A stretch of DNA of 64,000 nt from Escherichia phage fEgEco12: the sequence record PP777464.1, one strand, 5' to 3'. The notes under the pieces were generated by a model, which had not been told where the DNA came from, did no database searches, and saw only the letters and a program-made list of their open reading frames with translations. Both the position numbers and the translations under genes were made by a program. Shown one piece after another: positions 62,553-64,000 of this stretch (position 1 is its first letter; each line of letters starts with the position of its first letter).

Positions 62553-62660
62553 ATACGCATAGACAAAAACTAGCCCACAGGGTGCATAGGTGTATCCAAA
62601 ATATATAGTTAATAACGGTGAGTAACTATCTGCTGGTGGAACTAAAACTATTAATAAAAA
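62553..62660 (+). ncRNA. candidate short transcript with CTAGCCCACAGGGTGCATAGGTGTATC motif and Chi octamer
   Basis: no ORF; GCTGGTGG 62632-62639. Confidence 0.3.
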
Positions 62661-62664
62661 AGTA

Positions 62665-62692
62665 TTGACAAAGTATATCAGTACTGCAATAA
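62665..62692 (+). promoter_or_regulatory. promoter TTGACA with weak -10 (CAATAAT)
   Basis: TTGACA 62665-62670. Confidence 0.45.
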
Positions 62693-62746
62693 TGTATCTC
62701 GTAGGGCGGCAATGGTGCGACGGCCCACAAAGTTAGGAGATTCACC

Positions 62747-63079
62747 ATGAGTACTTCAATCGCTATCGTTAAAGCTTTCATCCGTACTAATGTTTCCTCT
62801 GTATTCATCGACGGCCTCGACCGTAACGTAGAATACTCAATCATTATCGCACAAACGGCAAACGGTTCTCGGTACATCCTGAATGATAGTGAAGCAAATC
62901 ACTACTACTTCACTAAAGCCACTGGCTTTAAACGCATCGATGCTGATGTAGTATACGCTAAGATGAATAAGCTGGTAGATAAGATTAACGCTAAAGGTAC
63001 TATAGATTTACAGTACTGGACCGAAACCGATCCAGAGTATGGATCTCACCGCTACCTGAATCCAGGTATCAAAATGTAA
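62747..63079 (+). CDS. hypothetical protein (110 aa)
   Basis: ATG after TAGGAGA RBS. Confidence 0.55.
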   Translation: MSTSIAIVKAFIRTNVSSVFIDGLDRNVEYSIIIAQTANGSRYILNDSEANHYYFTKATGFKRIDADVVYAKMNKLVDKINAKGTIDLQYWTETDPEYGSHRYLNPGIKM

Positions 63080-63086
63080 AAAGTAC

Positions 63087-63148
63087 TTGCATAGTACTTA
63101 GATTCATGTATAATGTTTTACATAGAGAGGGGGAAATGGTTCTCCCTC
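63087..63148 (+). promoter_or_regulatory. promoter + leader stem-loop module
   Basis: TTGCAT 63087-63092, TATAAT 63109-63114, hairpin GAGGGGGAAATGGTTCTCCCTC. Confidence 0.65.
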
Positions 63149-63168
63149 CTAAATTAAGGAGTTTTATC

Positions 63169-63570
63169 ATGACCTTCTCAATCACTTCCTTCGCTGACGT
63201 TTTAGTACTGGCCCGGACTTTTGGTAAAGATGCACTGGAGTACGCTGTAAGTAATGGCACTATCCAACCGGAACAGTGCCGCATCATTGGAAACTGCAAA
63301 CGTTGGGCGGTTTCCAATACTATTGCACTGGAAAACTTCCACGATGGCAACAATGAATATTCTGTTGATGTAGTATTCGAAGCCGTTGATCTCGGCGGTA
63401 TCTATAATACTAACCTGAATGATGTGCGTATCGTTCGCACTGGGTTCGGTGCTTATGATGTATCTATTCGTGAAGCTATGAACACCGGATACATTAGCAA
63501 GGACTTACTTGCTCACATCATGCAGCTGTGTACGGAACGTAACGAAGCACGCACTATCTTAGGACTGTAA
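63169..63570 (+). CDS. hypothetical protein (133 aa)
   Basis: ATG after TAAGGAG RBS; track N-terminus is promoter read-through. Confidence 0.55.
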   Translation: MTFSITSFADVLVLARTFGKDALEYAVSNGTIQPEQCRIIGNCKRWAVSNTIALENFHDGNNEYSVDVVFEAVDLGGIYNTNLNDVRIVRTGFGAYDVSIREAMNTGYISKDLLAHIMQLCTERNEARTILGL

Positions 63571-63584
63571 GCGTTACACATCAC

Positions 63585-63604
63585 CAAACATCATAGGCCG
63601 CCTT
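63585..63604 (+). other. hairpin AGGCCGC(CTTGTA)GCGGCCT
   Basis: 7-bp inverted repeat; no T-run. Confidence 0.35.
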
Positions 63605-63638
63605 GTAGCGGCCTTAACTATATCAGGAGTACATACAC

Positions 63639-63848
63639 ATGATCTATACAGTATACAACGTTCTAGGCACTATTGCAGGCGTACATGATAACGTCGATGG
63701 TGCTATGCGTACAGTACTGCAACAGGTTCCACTAAAGCCTAAGACCATTAAGCAGATGACAGCACGACTAACCAGGGCGACGGCTGGCGTGGAAGTATGG
63801 CAGGACTATGGGGATACACAGATAATCGTAAGCGTAACGAAGGATTAA
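63639..63848 (+). CDS. hypothetical protein (69 aa)
   Basis: ATG after CAGGAG RBS. Confidence 0.55.
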   Translation: MIYTVYNVLGTIAGVHDNVDGAMRTVLQQVPLKPKTIKQMTARLTRATAGVEVWQDYGDTQIIVSVTKD

Positions 63849-64000
63849 TGCGTAAAAGGATTTAGTACTGAATCATAAAAAAGTCAAGGCATTTTTAAAC
63901 TTCAGCGTTAAAAAAATGCATAGGTAATCCCTTGACTTTTATGAATAAAAAGGGATTGGACTATGGCAAAATGCGTAGGGGGCTAAAGGGCGGGTAACCT

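Noticed and set aside
1-64000. Assigning the window to a named phage
   Set aside because: denV and the promoter-stem-loop cassettes are reminiscent of T4-type phages, but I cannot confirm identity without a database search, so no species call is made.

Overview
The window reads as part of a large virulent dsDNA bacteriophage genome: sigma70-type promoters, dense small ORFs with overlapping stop/start codons, a clear T4-type denV (endonuclease V) homolog and an HNH endonuclease. No tRNA, rRNA or CRISPR was found. Four zones: (1) 1-19.6 kb, AT-rich + strand operons of about 55 small genes, many encoding predicted membrane or secreted proteins, punctuated by composite terminator-promoter hairpins; (2) 19.7-38.0 kb, a minus-strand tandem array of 15 paralogous genes sharing the N-terminal leader MLPF(V/A)RM(F/V)(D/K)YGN, 14 with RCC1-like repeat bodies and one glycine-rich, most behind a near-identical terminator/promoter/RBS cassette; this is followed at 38.1-42.7 kb by a + strand array of about 20 tiny (57-75 aa) paralogs; (3) 42.7-44.7 kb, an ORF-poor region with iteron-like repeats, palindromes and orphan promoters; (4) 44.7-64 kb, a visibly GC-richer arm of about 50 small genes, nearly every one behind a stereotyped promoter plus 5' leader stem-loop module, with candidate small RNAs, enriched Chi sites and several recognisable products (TraR/DksA-like zinc finger, GNAT-like acetyltransferase, protein-kinase-like protein). 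The best candidate for an undescribed system is the leader-tagged propeller array together with the adjacent tiny-protein array. All coordinates were indexed by hand; product calls rest on motif recognition, not on database searches.
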